A stretch of DNA of 62,540 bases, counting the filler, from Thermodesulfobacteriota bacterium (lineage in GTDB: Bacteria > DASVDK01), in NCBI GenBank assembly GCA_036381125.1. It is 4 parts of 4 records of this genome, joined end to end, with 100 filler letters (N's around TTAATTAATTAA, not from the genome) between each part and the next. Parts side by side here need not be neighbours in the genome. Positions count along the whole stretch, not along the records: positions 21,961 to 47,582 come from DASVDK010000223.1; positions 47,683 to 58,463 come from DASVDK010000229.1; 2 more parts are not named here. One strand, given 5' to 3'. The notes beneath the pieces are model-generated. The model was not told the origin of the DNA. It searched no databases and saw only the letters and a program-made list of their open reading frames with translations. Below are positions 40,811 through 51,486 of the stretch, one piece after another (within the stretch, counting starts at the first letter, position 1; the number at the start of each line of letters is the position of its first letter). Made by a program: the position numbers and the translations under genes.

Positions 40811-42211
40811 ATGGCGTTCGAGCCGGTCCTCACCAGGTACATCGAGCCGCGAGGGGTCTGGTACGGGCCGAAGGGCGACCACGACACCATCGACGGCTAT
40901 CTCCGCGCGGGGGGCTACGGCGCCTGGTCGAAGGTGCTCCGCGAGGGGATCACGCCGGAGCAGCTCATCGAGACGGTCAAGGCCTCGGGGCTGCGCGGGC
41001 GCGGCGGCGCCGGCTTCCCCACGGGGCTCAAGTGGTCGTTCGTCCCCAAGGCGCTGAACCCGAAGTACCTCTGCGTGAACGCCGACGAGAGCGAGCCGGG
41101 AACCTTCAAGGACCGGATGCTCATCGAGTGCGACCCGCACCAGGTCATCGAGGGGACGCTCATCTCGGCCTACGCCATCGGCGCGCAGCGGGCGTTCATC
41201 TACATCCGCGGCGAGATGGAGAAGGGGCGCCGGATCCTCGAACGCGCGGTGGCCGAGGCGTACGCCAGGGGCTACGTCGGCAAGAACATCCTCGGCAGCG
41301 GTTGGGACTGCGACGTGATGGTCCACCCGGGCGCCGGCGTGTACATCGCGGGCGAGGAGACCGGCCTCATCGAGTCGCTCGAGGGCAAGGCGGCCCAGCC
41401 GCGCGTGAAGCCGCCCTTCCCGGCCGTGGTCGGCCTCTACGGCAAGCCGACCGTGGTGAACAACGTCGAGACGCTCTGCAACGTCGTCCACATCGTCGAG
41501 CGGGGCGTCGAGTGGTACCGCACCATGGGGACCGAGAAGTCGCCCGGCCCCCGCGTCTTCTGCCTCTCCGGCCACGTGAACCGGCCGGGCAACTACGAGG
41601 CGCCGATGGGGATCCCGATGCGGCAGCTCATCTTCGACATGGGCGGCGGCATCTGGAAGAACCGGCGCTTCAAGGCGGTGATCCCCGGCGGCTCGTCGAC
41701 GGCGTTCCTCGTCGAGGAGCACCTCGACCTCACGCTCGATCACGAGGCCATGGCGGCGGCCGGCAGCGGCCTCGGCTCGGCCGGCGTCATCGTCGTGGAC
41801 GACACGACCTGCATCGTCGGCGTCTGCCACCGCCTCATGAAGTTCTACCGGCACGAGTCGTGCGGCAAGTGCACGCCCTGCCGGGAGGGGACCGGCTGGC
41901 TCGCCAAGCTCCTCGGCCGGATCGAGGCGGGGGGCGGCGAGATGGCCGACTTCGACGTGCTCGACCGGATCCCGAACCTCATGGCGGGGCACACCATCTG
42001 CGCCCTCGCCGACGGCGCCGTGCCGGCGCTCCTCAGCGCCCTCAGGCTCTTCAGGGGCGAGTTCGAACAGCACATCAAGGAAGGCCGCTGCCCGCTCACG
42101 ACCGGACGCGTGCCGGCCTGGGACATCCACGCGGTGAAAGGACCCATCTATGTCCGACCCCCGGAGCACCGTGACGCTCGTGATCGACGGGCGCTCGGTC
42201 ACGGCGCCTAA
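40811..42211 (+). CDS. nuoF: NADH-quinone oxidoreductase subunit F
   Basis: SGLRGRGGAGFPTGLKW, NADESEPGTFKDR, GEETGLIESLEG, ESCGKCTPCREG, TICAL. Confidence 0.97.
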   Translation: MAFEPVLTRYIEPRGVWYGPKGDHDTIDGYLRAGGYGAWSKVLREGITPEQLIETVKASGLRGRGGAGFPTGLKWSFVPKALNPKYLCVNADESEPGTFKDRMLIECDPHQVIEGTLISAYAIGAQRAFIYIRGEMEKGRRILERAVAEAYARGYVGKNILGSGWDCDVMVHPGAGVYIAGEETGLIESLEGKAAQPRVKPPFPAVVGLYGKPTVVNNVETLCNVVHIVERGVEWYRTMGTEKSPGPRVFCLSGHVNRPGNYEAPMGIPMRQLIFDMGGGIWKNRRFKAVIPGGSSTAFLVEEHLDLTLDHEAMAAAGSGLGSAGVIVVDDTTCIVGVCHRLMKFYRHESCGKCTPCREGTGWLAKLLGRIEAGGGEMADFDVLDRIPNLMAGHTICALADGAVPALLSALRLFRGEFEQHIKEGRCPLTTGRVPAWDIHAVKGPIYVRPPEHRDARDRRALGHGA

Positions 42212-44693
42212 GGGCGAGAACCTCGTCGAGGCCGCCAAGCGCGTCGGGATCGACATCCCGGTCTTCTGCTACCACCCGAAGCTCTCGGTGGTGGGCGCGT
42301 GCCGGATGTGCCTGGTCGAGATCGAGAAGACGCCGAAGCTCCAGGTGGCCTGCGCCACGCCGGTCGCCGAGGGGATGGTCGTCCACACGCAGTCGAAGAA
42401 GGCCGTGGACGGCAGGAGCGGCGTGATCGAGTTCCTCCTCGCCAACCACCCGCTCGACTGCCCCATCTGCGACAAGGGGGGCGAGTGCCCGCTGCAGGAC
42501 AACTCGTACCGCAACGGGCCCCCGGTGTCGCGCTTCCGCGAGGCGAAGCGCGACCTCCCCATCGTCACGCTCTCGCCGCTCGTCATGCTCGACATGGAGC
42601 GGTGCATCCACTGCTACCGCTGCACCCGCTTCTCGGCCGAGATCGGCGGGGACGCCGAGCTGGCGTTCGTGAACCGCGGCGACCACATCATGATCGCGCC
42701 GCTCGAGGGGAGCGAGTACCGATCGGTCTACTCGGGCAACGTCACCGAGATCTGCCCGGTCGGCGCCCTCATGAGCCGGCCGTACCGGTTCAAGGCGCGC
42801 CCCTGGGACCTCCAGAGCCAGGACTCGGTTTGCGGCCTCTGCGCCTGCGGCTGCACGATCACCGCGAACCTCCGCGAGGAGGGGGACCCGGTGGCCGCCC
42901 AGGTGGGGCGCAACCTGGGGCAGATGGCGATCGGTGCCGGCGCGCCGGCCGGCGGCGGAGCCCCCGCCCTGGCGATCAACGCGGGCGTGGCCGGCATCGA
43001 CCCGAGCCCCCTGACCGGGGCCCCCGCGAAGCCGAAGGCTTCGCGGGGTGGTCATGCGCGCATCGTCCGCTACCTCGGCGGCGACAACGACTTCGTCAAC
43101 GAGGGCTGGCTCTGTGACCGCGGCCGCTACGGCTTCGACGCCACGCGCGCCGACGACCGGCTGACGACGCCGCTCGCGCGCCCCGCGAAGGGGGCCCCGC
43201 TCGCGCCGGTCTCGTGGACGGAGGCGCTGGGACGGGTGGCCGACGGCCTCCGGACGGCCGGCACGTCGGTGGGCGCCCTCGGCGGCCCGTACCTCACCCT
43301 CGAGGAGGCCTACCTCCTCCAGAAGCTCGTCCGGGGCCTCGGCAGCCAGAACGTCGACGGCCGCGCCGGCTGGACGCAGGCGGCGCCGTCGGTGCTCGCC
43401 CGCGCCGGCTGGCTCGGGTCGGACTACCAGGCCCTCGAGAAGGCCGGCGCGATCGTCCTCGTGGCGACCGACCTCAAGGAGGAGCTGCCGATCGCGAACC
43501 TCCGCGTCCGCAAGGCGGCGCTCAGAGGGGTGCCGGTGGTCGTGGCGCACTGGCGTCCGGTGCGCCTGCCGGAGCGGGGCGCGGCCTTCGTCCGCTACGC
43601 GCCGGGCGAGGAGGGGGGCCTCCCCGCGCGGCTGCGCGACCTCGCGGCCGTCCGCGACGCGAAGGGCCCGGTCCACGTCATCGTCGGCGAGGAGGTGCTC
43701 CACGGGCCGGTCGATGCCGCGGCGCTCCTCGACGGCCTGGCCGGCATCGCGCCGAACGCCGTCGTCGGCCTGGCGCTCCGCGGCCCGAACGCGCGAGGCG
43801 TGCTCGAGGCGGGGCTCCTGCCGGGGTGGCTGCCGGGGATGAAGGCGGCGCCGGCCGGCGGTCTCGACGCGAGGGGGATGCTCGAGGCGGCGGCCGGCGG
43901 CCGGCTCTCGGCCCTCCTCTGCGTCGGCGCCGACCCGGCGGCCGACTTCCCCGACGCCGCGCTCGCGAAGCGGGCGCTCGCCGCCGTGCCGTTCCTCGTC
44001 GTGCAGGAGCTCTACCCGACGGCGACGGCGCAGCTCGCCGACGTGGTCCTCCCCGCGGCCGGGTTCGACGAGAAGGACGGCACGCTCGTCAACGTGGAGC
44101 GGCGCGTGCAGCGCGCGCGGCGGTTCGTCGACGCCCCCGGCCTCGCCATGGCCGACGGCCGGATCCTCGCGCGGCTCGGCCGGGCGCTCGGTCTCGGCTT
44201 CGCGTACACCGGGCCGGCCGACGTCTGGGCCGAGATGCACACCGAGGCGCCCGGCCTCGCGCCGGCGTCGCGGGTGACCGAGCTGCCCAGGACGGGGGCG
44301 CTCCTGCCGGCGCCGCCGGCGCCGCCCGCGGTGGCCGCCTCGCCGGCCGCCGCCGGCCCCGAGCCGGCGACCGCCCGGTTCCCGCTCCGGGTCGCCACCG
44401 GCCGGATGCTCTACGACGGCGGCACGCTCGTGTCGCGCTCGAGGTACCTCGCCGGCGTCATGCCGGAGGCGTTCGTCGCCGTGAACCCCGCCGACGCCGC
44501 GCGGCTGCGGGTGGCCGACGGCGCCGCGGTCGCCGCCGTGTCGGCCGCCGGCCGCCTCTCGCTCCTCGCGAAGGTCACGGCCGAGGTGCCGGCCGGCGTC
44601 GCGTACCTGCCGCTCGGCTTCGCGGACGCGCCGATCTCGGCGCTCGGCGACCCGACGCGGCCCCTGCACATCACGCTGGAGCCACAGTCATGA
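42150..44693 (+). CDS. nuoG: NADH-quinone oxidoreductase subunit G
   Basis: [54 protein letters not shown]...WLCDRGR. Confidence 0.95.
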   Translation: MSDPRSTVTLVIDGRSVTAPKGENLVEAAKRVGIDIPVFCYHPKLSVVGACRMCLVEIEKTPKLQVACATPVAEGMVVHTQSKKAVDGRSGVIEFLLANHPLDCPICDKGGECPLQDNSYRNGPPVSRFREAKRDLPIVTLSPLVMLDMERCIHCYRCTRFSAEIGGDAELAFVNRGDHIMIAPLEGSEYRSVYSGNVTEICPVGALMSRPYRFKARPWDLQSQDSVCGLCACGCTITANLREEGDPVAAQVGRNLGQMAIGAGAPAGGGAPALAINAGVAGIDPSPLTGAPAKPKASRGGHARIVRYLGGDNDFVNEGWLCDRGRYGFDATRADDRLTTPLARPAKGAPLAPVSWTEALGRVADGLRTAGTSVGALGGPYLTLEEAYLLQKLVRGLGSQNVDGRAGWTQAAPSVLARAGWLGSDYQALEKAGAIVLVATDLKEELPIANLRVRKAALRGVPVVVAHWRPVRLPERGAAFVRYAPGEEGGLPARLRDLAAVRDAKGPVHVIVGEEVLHGPVDAAALLDGLAGIAPNAVVGLALRGPNARGVLEAGLLPGWLPGMKAAPAGGLDARGMLEAAAGGRLSALLCVGADPAADFPDAALAKRALAAVPFLVVQELYPTATAQLADVVLPAAGFDEKDGTLVNVERRVQRARRFVDAPGLAMADGRILARLGRALGLGFAYTGPADVWAEMHTEAPGLAPASRVTELPRTGALLPAPPAPPAVAASPAAAGPEPATARFPLRVATGRMLYDGGTLVSRSRYLAGVMPEAFVAVNPADAARLRVADGAAVAAVSAAGRLSLLAKVTAEVPAGVAYLPLGFADAPISALGDPTRPLHITLEPQS

Positions 44694-45274
44694 TCGGCGA
44701 GCTCGTCAAGGGCCTCGCGACCAGCATCAAGCACGTCTTCCGCAAGCCGGTGACGGTGCAGTACCCGGAGGAGCCGGCGCCCATCTCGCCGCGCCACCGG
44801 GGCGTCCACCAGCTCATGCGCTACGAGAACGGCCTCGAGCGGTGCATCGGGTGCGAGCTCTGCTCCGCGGCCTGCCCGGCCGACTGCATCCTCGTCGTGT
44901 CCGAGGAGAACCCGCCGGACAGGCCGGTCTCGCCGGGCGAGCGGTACGCGAAGGTCTACGAGATCAACATGCTCCGGTGCATCTTCTGCGGCTACTGCCA
45001 GGAGGCCTGCCCGACCGGGGCAATCGTCCTCACGCCGCACTTCGAGATCGCGCCCTTCAACAAGGCGCACGCGATCTACACGAAGGAGCGGCTCCTCCTG
45101 CCGCCCGCGGAGCGGCCGCCCGAGTGGGAGCCGCTCGGCGAGCGCGACGGCCGCGAGTACCTGCCCCACCACGTGCAGCGCGTGGGACAGCGGCCCGACC
45201 TCGGGTTCGCGCCGGTCCGGGGCGAGCGGGTCGGGCAGATCCCGAAGGTGAATCTCCCGGAGGAGACGTGGTAA
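44690..45274 (+). CDS. nuoI: NADH-quinone oxidoreductase subunit I
   Basis: [32 protein letters not shown]. Confidence 0.96.
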   Translation: MIGELVKGLATSIKHVFRKPVTVQYPEEPAPISPRHRGVHQLMRYENGLERCIGCELCSAACPADCILVVSEENPPDRPVSPGERYAKVYEINMLRCIFCGYCQEACPTGAIVLTPHFEIAPFNKAHAIYTKERLLLPPAERPPEWEPLGERDGREYLPHHVQRVGQRPDLGFAPVRGERVGQIPKVNLPEETW

Positions 45275-46128
45275 CCGCGCCGCGCAAGCTCAGGCTCGGC
45301 CACAGCCCCGATCCGGACGACGCCTTCATGTTCCACGGCCTCGCCTGTGGGGCGGTGGCCGACCCCGCGTTCGAGTTCGAGCACCTCCTCCACGACATCC
45401 AGACGCTCAACGAGTGGGCCATGGAGGGGCGGCTCGAGATCACCGCGATCTCGCTCCACGCGTACGCCTACGTGGCCGACCGGTACGCCCTCCTGCCGCA
45501 CGGCGCCTCCGTGGGCCGCCGGTACGGCCCGCTCGTCGTGGCCCGGGGGCCGATGCCGCTCGACGCGCTCCGCGACCCGGGCACGACCATCGCCGTGCCG
45601 GGCGAGCTGACCACGGCCACGCTCGCGCTCCGGCTCGCCGTGGGGGAGGCGGCGCGCCGCGTCGTCGTGCCGTTCGACCGGATCTTCGCGTACGTCAAGG
45701 CGGGGGACGCCGACTGCGGCCTGATCATCCACGAGGGACAGCTCACCTACCGCAACGAAGGGCTCGCCAAGGTCCTCGACCTCGGGGAGTGGTGGGACGG
45801 GGAGACCGGGGGGCTCCCGCTGCCGCTCGGGGTGAACGCCGTCCGGCGGGACCTCGGTGCCGAGACGATGGTCAGGCTCTCGCGGCTCCTGCGGCAGTCG
45901 ATCGAGTACGGTCTCGCGCACCGCGAGGCGGCCATCGCGGCCGCGCTCCCCTATGCGCGCGACATGGGGGCCGACCTCGCCGACCGCTTCGTCGGCATGT
46001 ACGTCAACCGCGACACGCTCGACTATGGCCCCGACCTCCGCGAGGCGATCCGCCGCCTCCTCGCGGCGGCCCACGAGACCGGCATCGTGCCGAGACCGGT
46101 GCCGGTCGAGTTCGTCGGCGAGGGGTAG
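45268..46128 (+). CDS. mqnD: 1,4-dihydroxy-6-naphthoate synthase (futalosine pathway)
   Basis: [35 protein letters not shown]...LPLPLG, MYVN. Confidence 0.92.
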   Translation: MVTAPRKLRLGHSPDPDDAFMFHGLACGAVADPAFEFEHLLHDIQTLNEWAMEGRLEITAISLHAYAYVADRYALLPHGASVGRRYGPLVVARGPMPLDALRDPGTTIAVPGELTTATLALRLAVGEAARRVVVPFDRIFAYVKAGDADCGLIIHEGQLTYRNEGLAKVLDLGEWWDGETGGLPLPLGVNAVRRDLGAETMVRLSRLLRQSIEYGLAHREAAIAAALPYARDMGADLADRFVGMYVNRDTLDYGPDLREAIRRLLAAAHETGIVPRPVPVEFVGEG

Positions 46129-46139
46129 GGGGCGCGCCG

Positions 46140-46571
46140 GTGACGCTCGCCGCGCTCGGCCAGTGGCTCCACCTCGGGGCGGCCGTGGCCGCGGTGGGCG
46201 GCGTGCTCTACCTGCGCGTGGTGCTCCTCGGGTCGCTCGGCGCCGTGCCGGCCGAGCAGCGGGCGGCCGTTCTCAAGGCGGCGGGGCGGCGCTTCCATCC
46301 CGTCCTCTGGGCTTCGATCGCCGTCCTGCTCGTGACGGGGCTGCAGAACGTGGTGCTCGCGGCCGCCGAGCACGCCGCCGACCCGCTCTACTGGCGCCTG
46401 CTGAGCCTGAAGGTGGTCCTGGCGCTCGTCCTCTTCGCGCTCGCGCTCGGCCTCTCGCTGCCGCTGCCGGCCCTGGCCGGCCTCCAGCGGCGCCGGCCCC
46501 AGATCCTCGTCGTCAACCTGCTCCTCGCGGCCGCCATCCTCCTGCTGTCCGCCATCCTCCGCAGACTCTAG
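46140..46571 (+). CDS. CopD-like 4-TM membrane protein
   Basis: QWLHLGAAVAAVGG...LLVTG...LSLKVVL pattern. Confidence 0.7.
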   Translation: MTLAALGQWLHLGAAVAAVGGVLYLRVVLLGSLGAVPAEQRAAVLKAAGRRFHPVLWASIAVLLVTGLQNVVLAAAEHAADPLYWRLLSLKVVLALVLFALALGLSLPLPALAGLQRRRPQILVVNLLLAAAILLLSAILRRL

Positions 46572-46576
46572 GCCTC

Positions 46577-46672
46577 GGGGTCAGGGCTCTACCGCCGGGG
46601 CCAGGGCTCCACGCTTTCCGGGTTGGAAAACGGAAAGACCTGACCCCATGGAAAATGGAAAGACCTGACCCC
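46577..46672. repeat. REP-like GGGGTCAGG / CCTGACCCC repeat cluster
   Basis: GGGG(T/C)CAGGGCTC twice (46577, 46597), then TGGAAAAYGGAAAGACCTGACCCC twice (46624, 46649), between convergent genes. Confidence 0.75.
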
Positions 46673-46674
46673 GG

Positions 46675-47145
46675 CTAGACGGTTGCGGTGGCTTCGGTCG
46701 CCTGGATGAAGGCCACGAGGCGCTGGCGGTCGCGCTCGTCGAGCGTGACGAACTCCACGCCGCAGTGGTACTCGTCGGGGCGCTCGACCGACACGATGTC
46801 CGTCCACACCACGCGCGCCTCGCAGGCGATCGGGATCAGTACCGCCGCCAGCGTTGCCGCGGGCACGTAGACGGTCATGGCGAGCTTGGTGCCGACCGGG
46901 AGCCGCTCGCCGGTCGAGACGAGCAGGCCGCCGCCGCTCACCGACGTGGCGACGCTTTCGCGCACGCGAGCGCCGGGACGGGCGAGGCGCGCCGCCGGAA
47001 CCTCCGGGACGGCCGGCTCGGCGGCGATCCGGTACTCGACGCGCAGGCTGGCGCTCACCCGCGCGTGCCTGCGGCGCTGGAAGGGAGTGCCCCGACGCTC
47101 GGGCTGGGCGAGGTGGTCGTGGGAGCTGGCTTCCTGCAACGACAT
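46675..47145 (-). CDS. PilZ-domain protein
   Basis: RRRHAR (RxxxR), SVSGGG, ARVVW, GVEF; GGAGG SD; upstream TTGACG-N18-TATAAC promoter (47197-47226). Confidence 0.85.
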   Translation of the reverse strand: MSLQEASSHDHLAQPERRGTPFQRRRHARVSASLRVEYRIAAEPAVPEVPAARLARPGARVRESVATSVSGGGLLVSTGERLPVGTKLAMTVYVPAATLAAVLIPIACEARVVWTDIVSVERPDEYHCGVEFVTLDERDRQRLVAFIQATEATATV

Positions 47146-47401
47146 CCGGTGCCTCCGGAATGCTGGGAGTCTCCTGATCGTTCGTGAGAGCGGGGGGTTA
47201 TACCCGCATCGGGGAGCCGCCGTCAATTGTCACCTCGCACGCCCGAGGTTCCATGTCGCGGCACTCCCGTTCCAGGGTGGAGGCGCCGGTGAGGACAGGG
47301 CCATGGGGCCCGGAGCGCGGCGCGCGTCGGGTAACCAGACGTACCAAATGAATTCAACTGGTTAGAGAGCAGACGCGGCATCGACCGCGAGATGACCGAG
47401 T

Positions 47402-47417
47402 TGGTACGGCTCCTGCT
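47402..47417 (+). promoter_or_regulatory. sigma54 (-24/-12) promoter
   Basis: TGGTAC-GGCTC-CTGCT (GG-N10-GC); IHF-like ATTCAACTGGTTA at 47352-47364. Confidence 0.65.
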
Positions 47418-47427
47418 TTTGGAGCCG

Positions 47428-47506
47428 ATACCAACCTTTCACCGCCTTCCATCCCAACCCGCACTGGTTCGGCCCGGGTCGAGAGACGCCGGGCCGCTCT
47501 TTTTTT
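47428..47506 (+). ncRNA. Candidate sigma54-dependent small RNA (~80 nt)
   Basis: Lies between the sigma54 promoter and a GAGA-loop hairpin plus T7 terminator; C/U-rich body; no start codon. Confidence 0.45.
47470..47506 (+). terminator. Rho-independent terminator
   Basis: CGGCCCGG-GTC-GAGA-GAC-g-CCGGGCCG followed by CTC-TTTTTTT. Confidence 0.75.
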
Positions 47507-47582
47507 CGGCGTTCGGCGTCGGGTCAGGGCGTGACCGACACGAGGATCTGCGAGAGGAGGAGGAAGAGGTCGGCGTGGAGCG

Positions 47583-47682
47583 NNNNNNNNNNNNNNNNNN
47601 NNNNNNNNNNNNNNNNNNNNNNNNNNTTAATTAATTAANNNNNNNNNNNNNNNNNNNNNNNNNNNNNNNNNNNNNNNNNNNN
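47583..47682. other. Artificial contig-joining spacer
   Basis: N44-TTAATTAATTAA-N44. Confidence 0.98.
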
Positions 47683-48148
47683 CCGCGGGCAGCACGCGCT
47701 CGCCGGCCGGCACGTCCTGACCCGCCGGCCGGACGTGCGCGCCCCGCTCGGCCCCCGCGAGGAGCCGCACCCGGCCGTCACGCGGCTCCGCATCCTCGAT
47801 CGGGATCACCGTGTCGGCGCCCACCGGCAGGGGCGCACCCGTCATGATCCGGGCCGCCTCGCCGGGCCCGATGGCGCGCGTCGGCATCCGGCCGGCGGCG
47901 ATCTCGTCGACGACCGCCAGCTCGAGGGGCCGTTCGCGCGAGGGGGGTGCCGCGGCGAGGTCGTCGTGGCGGACCGCGAAGCCGTCCATCGCCGAGTTGG
48001 CCCAGGGGGGAATCGGCCGATCGGCCGTCACGTCCTCGGCGAGGACACGGCCCACCGCCGAGAGCAGGTCGGTCCGCTCGGTGCCGATCGGGGCCACGGC
48101 GCGCAGGATCTGCCGGATCGCCTCGTCGACGCTGAGGCTCGTCTGCAT
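47683..48148 (-). CDS. moeA: Molybdopterin molybdotransferase MoeA (3' end cut by gap)
   Basis: GRVLAEDV, PPWANSAMDGFAV, RIMTGAPLPVGADTVIPIED, VRPAGQD. Confidence 0.93.
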
Positions 48149-48225
48149 GGCCCAAACGATAGCAAAAGGCCCGGGGCGCCGAAGGGCGCGCCGGGCCCCG
48201 GTTTTCCGGCCGCGGACGCGGTCGC

Positions 48226-50493
48226 CTACGTCTCGCCGGCGACCTCGATGACGATCCGTTCCCCCGCCTTGAGCACGTGGCGACGGGAGAAGTTGTTCCA
48301 GCGCCGCAGGTCGGCGACGCTCACGTCGTAGCGGGCCGCGATCTCGCTGAGGGTGTCGCCGCGGCGCACCTCGTAGCGAATGGTGCGCGCGCGCTTCGAC
48401 GGCATGATGATCAGCGATTCGCCCGCCTTCAGCACGTGCCGGGGGGACAGGCGGTTCCACCGGCGGAGGTCCGCGACGCTGACGCCGTACCGCTCGCCGA
48501 TCTCCCAGAGGGTCTCGCCGCGGCGCACCCGGTGGCGCGTGGTCCCGGCAGCCGGCAACTCGCCGCGCGCCGAGAACCGCGCCGGCGCCCGCCGCGACGT
48601 GGCGACCGTGCGGCGTCCGGGCCTGACCTCGCCGTCACCGTCCTGGCCGCGCGCGATGTAGGCCCGATCGGCCGGGATCGGCACGATCAGGCTCTGGCCG
48701 ACCCGGATCAGGCTGCCCCGCAGGCCGTTCATGCGGCGCACCTGCGCGAGGTCGACGCCGTAGCGCGAGGCGATGCGCGAGAGCGTCTCGCCCGCCCGGA
48801 CGATGTGGCGGCGATAGGTGATCCGCTCCGACGGCGCGATGCGGCCGAAGTTCTTGAGGAACGTCTCCCGCGTGCCGAACGGGATCTTCACCTGGTAGCC
48901 GGGGTAGTTGGGCGGGGTGGCCCATCGCCGCAGCTCGGGGTTGAGCGCCTTGATCTCCTCGTACGTGGTCCCCGCCGCGCGGGCGATCACCGCGAGGTCG
49001 GTGGCGTCGGAGATCTCCACCTTGTCGTAGACCAGCGGCTCCTGGTACTCGATGTCCGTGAAGCCGTACTTCTCCGGGCTCTTCGCGATGAGGGCCGCCG
49101 CGATCAGCTTGGGCACGTAGTCGCGCGTCTCGGCCGCCAGGTAGCGCCGCTCGGCGATGTGCCAGAAGGCCGCGTCACGCGCCGCGGCGATCTCCTCCTC
49201 CTCCGCCTCCTCGACGTCGAGGTCCAGGCTGACCCGCCGCATGGCTCGCACGATGCGGCCCTCGCCGGCGTTGTAGCCGGCCGCGGCCAGGTACCAGGAG
49301 CCGAACATGTCGTGCAGGTCGCTCAGGTAGTTGGCGGCCGCGATGGTGGACTTCTCCGGGTCCCGCCGCTCGTCGATCCACCAGTCGATGCGCAGTCCGT
49401 AGCGCCGGGCGGTGCTCTTGATGAACTGCCAGGGGCCGACGGCCGAGGCGTGGCTGCGGGCTCGCGTGGAGAAGCCGCTCTCGATGAGCGCCAGGTAGAC
49501 GAGGTCCGACGGCAGCCCCTTCTCCTTGAGGATGGCCTGCATCATCGGGATGTACCGCTCGGAGCGGGCGAGCCAGACCACCATGTGCTTGCGGCCGACC
49601 GTCTGGAAGTAGTCGAGCCACCGCTCGACCTTCCGGTTCACGACGATCGGGATGTCGAACTCGGGCTCGGCGTCCGCGACCGCGTCGCCGGTCTCGGGGA
49701 CGGCCTCCTTGATCTTCTCGTTCTCGTCCTCGAGGCTCGGCAGGTCGAGCTCCACGCTCTCGGCCTGGCCGGTCTTGCCGCGGTCGACCTCGACCTCCAC
49801 CTTGTTCTTGTCGGGCGTCTCGTGGACGTCGACCGAGCTGGGCGTTGCGGCCGCCTCCGGCCGGGCCGGCGACGGAGACGGCGCAGCAGGCAGGGCCGAA
49901 GCGGCCACGCTGCCGACGGCCACCGCCCCCTCGCCGGTCGGCGACGCGCTCGGCGTGGCGACCGTCTCCGTTCCTGCCGGCGACGAACGAGGCGTGGCGC
50001 CCGCCGCCGCCCGTGCCGGCGACGGAGATGGTGCGGTCGGCAGAGCCGAAGGAGAGCTCCCGACCGTCTGATCCGAAGGAGACGGCGCGGCGGAAAGCGC
50101 CGGCGAGGCCGCCTCCCCGCCGACGACCGCCTCGACCGCCGGAGACGACGACTCCGGCCGGTTCACGGACGGCGACGGCACCGGCTCGGCGGCCGAGAAG
50201 GGGGAGGACATCGGGACCGGCGTGGGGGCGAACGCAGCAGGGGTGACGGGGACGACCGGGGCGGAACTCGGCAGGCCGGGCCGCGCCTCGACCGGCGCGT
50301 CGACGCGCGTCGGCGCGAGGGCGCCCGAGAGCCCGGGCGGCGCCGCCATCGGGACGACGAACTCGGCCGGCGCGGCGAACGCCTCGGCCGCCTCGAGCCC
50401 CGCCGCGAAGGCGCGCTCGCCGGAGACGAGCGGCATCGCGACCGTGGTCGCCACGAGCAGGAGTACTCTCGGGAGTCGGGTGGGGAGCGCCAA
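48226..50493 (-). CDS. mltD: Lytic murein transglycosylase D-like protein with three LysM domains
   Basis: [33 protein letters not shown]; three C-terminal LysM repeats; TTG start after GGAGG; long Pro/Ala/Ser N-terminal linker. Confidence 0.9.
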   Translation of the reverse strand: MALPTRLPRVLLLVATTVAMPLVSGERAFAAGLEAAEAFAAPAEFVVPMAAPPGLSGALAPTRVDAPVEARPGLPSSAPVVPVTPAAFAPTPVPMSSPFSAAEPVPSPSVNRPESSSPAVEAVVGGEAASPALSAAPSPSDQTVGSSPSALPTAPSPSPARAAAGATPRSSPAGTETVATPSASPTGEGAVAVGSVAASALPAAPSPSPARPEAAATPSSVDVHETPDKNKVEVEVDRGKTGQAESVELDLPSLEDENEKIKEAVPETGDAVADAEPEFDIPIVVNRKVERWLDYFQTVGRKHMVVWLARSERYIPMMQAILKEKGLPSDLVYLALIESGFSTRARSHASAVGPWQFIKSTARRYGLRIDWWIDERRDPEKSTIAAANYLSDLHDMFGSWYLAAAGYNAGEGRIVRAMRRVSLDLDVEEAEEEEIAAARDAAFWHIAERRYLAAETRDYVPKLIAAALIAKSPEKYGFTDIEYQEPLVYDKVEISDATDLAVIARAAGTTYEEIKALNPELRRWATPPNYPGYQVKIPFGTRETFLKNFGRIAPSERITYRRHIVRAGETLSRIASRYGVDLAQVRRMNGLRGSLIRVGQSLIVPIPADRAYIARGQDGDGEVRPGRRTVATSRRAPARFSARGELPAAGTTRHRVRRGETLWEIGERYGVSVADLRRWNRLSPRHVLKAGESLIIMPSKRARTIRYEVRRGDTLSEIAARYDVSVADLRRWNNFSRRHVLKAGERIVIEVAGET

Positions 50494-50710
50494 CGTGCAC
50501 ACCTCCGACGAAGTCGAACCCGTGGCCCCGGCCCGACTCCGCGGACCGTGCGCGGCTGCGTGCGAACGTACCCGAGCCGACCGCCGCCTGTCAACCCGAA
50601 ACAGGAGCGAAGTCGGCGGTTTGACAGCGATCCCCGCCGCGCTACGCTTCGCCGGAGAGCGATTCTCAGGGATCGGGGCCCATTTCTCGCCCGATCGCTG
50701 GAGGGAGCCC

Positions 50711-51400
50711 ATGACACGAGGGGCGCAGCTGGCACTCGTGGCCGCGGCGGTGGTGGTGACCGGGTGTGCCGGCAGCCCGCGTGCCGAGGCGCCGCAGCCG
50801 CCGCCCGCGCAGACGGTACGCGCGGGCGGCCTGGCGCTGACGGCGGTGGCCGATCAGTGGCGCGCCTTCCCGCCCGATCTCGATCGCTACTACCTGGCGA
50901 TCGAGACGACGGTCGAGAACTCGCGAGAGGCGCCGGTGGAGCTTCGCTTCGAGGACTTCGCGCTCCTCGATCCGTCCGGCGGCGTCCGCACCGCCGTCGC
51001 GCCTCGCGACGCGACGATCGCCCTCTTCGGCCACTACGGCCGCCAGCGCAGCGACGCAACGCCTCGGCTCCGCCCCGTCACGACCTATTTCGGCTTCGGC
51101 GCCCACTTCGGGTATCCGTACTACGGCTGGCCGTACTACTACGACCCGTACTACGATCCCTACTGGTACTGGCCGCCGCCCGGGTACTACTACCGGCCCG
51201 CGCCGCGCCGGCGGACGTACGAAGAGGCGACGGGCGACCTCATCCGATACGGTCTCAAGGCCGGGCCGGTCGCGGCCGGAGCCACCATCAGCGGCTTCCT
51301 CTACTTCCCGCGCGGCGAGGGAGAGGCGACGCACCTCCGCCTGCGCTGGTCGGCGCCCGGCCTCGAGGCGCCGCTCGTGGCGCCGGTCGCCGGCGACTGA
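50711..51400 (+). CDS. Hypothetical lipoprotein with a Tyr/Pro-rich segment
   Basis: GAGGGAG SD; lipobox [33 protein letters not shown]. Confidence 0.75.
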   Translation: MTRGAQLALVAAAVVVTGCAGSPRAEAPQPPPAQTVRAGGLALTAVADQWRAFPPDLDRYYLAIETTVENSREAPVELRFEDFALLDPSGGVRTAVAPRDATIALFGHYGRQRSDATPRLRPVTTYFGFGAHFGYPYYGWPYYYDPYYDPYWYWPPPGYYYRPAPRRRTYEEATGDLIRYGLKAGPVAAGATISGFLYFPRGEGEATHLRLRWSAPGLEAPLVAPVAGD

Positions 51401-51486
51401 GCGGGGGTCAGGGCTCGACCCCGCCTTGCCGATCCCCCGCACCCCCGCTAGAATGCCCAAACTTTAGTCAGTCCTGTCGAGGTCCC

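Noticed and set aside
42150-42211. 62-nt overlap of nuoF and nuoG as a possible frameshift
   Set aside because: Both proteins contain all expected motifs; the overlap is best explained by a drifted NuoF stop codon.
46624-46672. Direct repeats as a possible CRISPR array (also 58395-58443)
   Set aside because: Only two adjacent copies, no spacers and no cas genes.
47532-47582. Possible gene start just before the gap
   Set aside because: Too short to identify.
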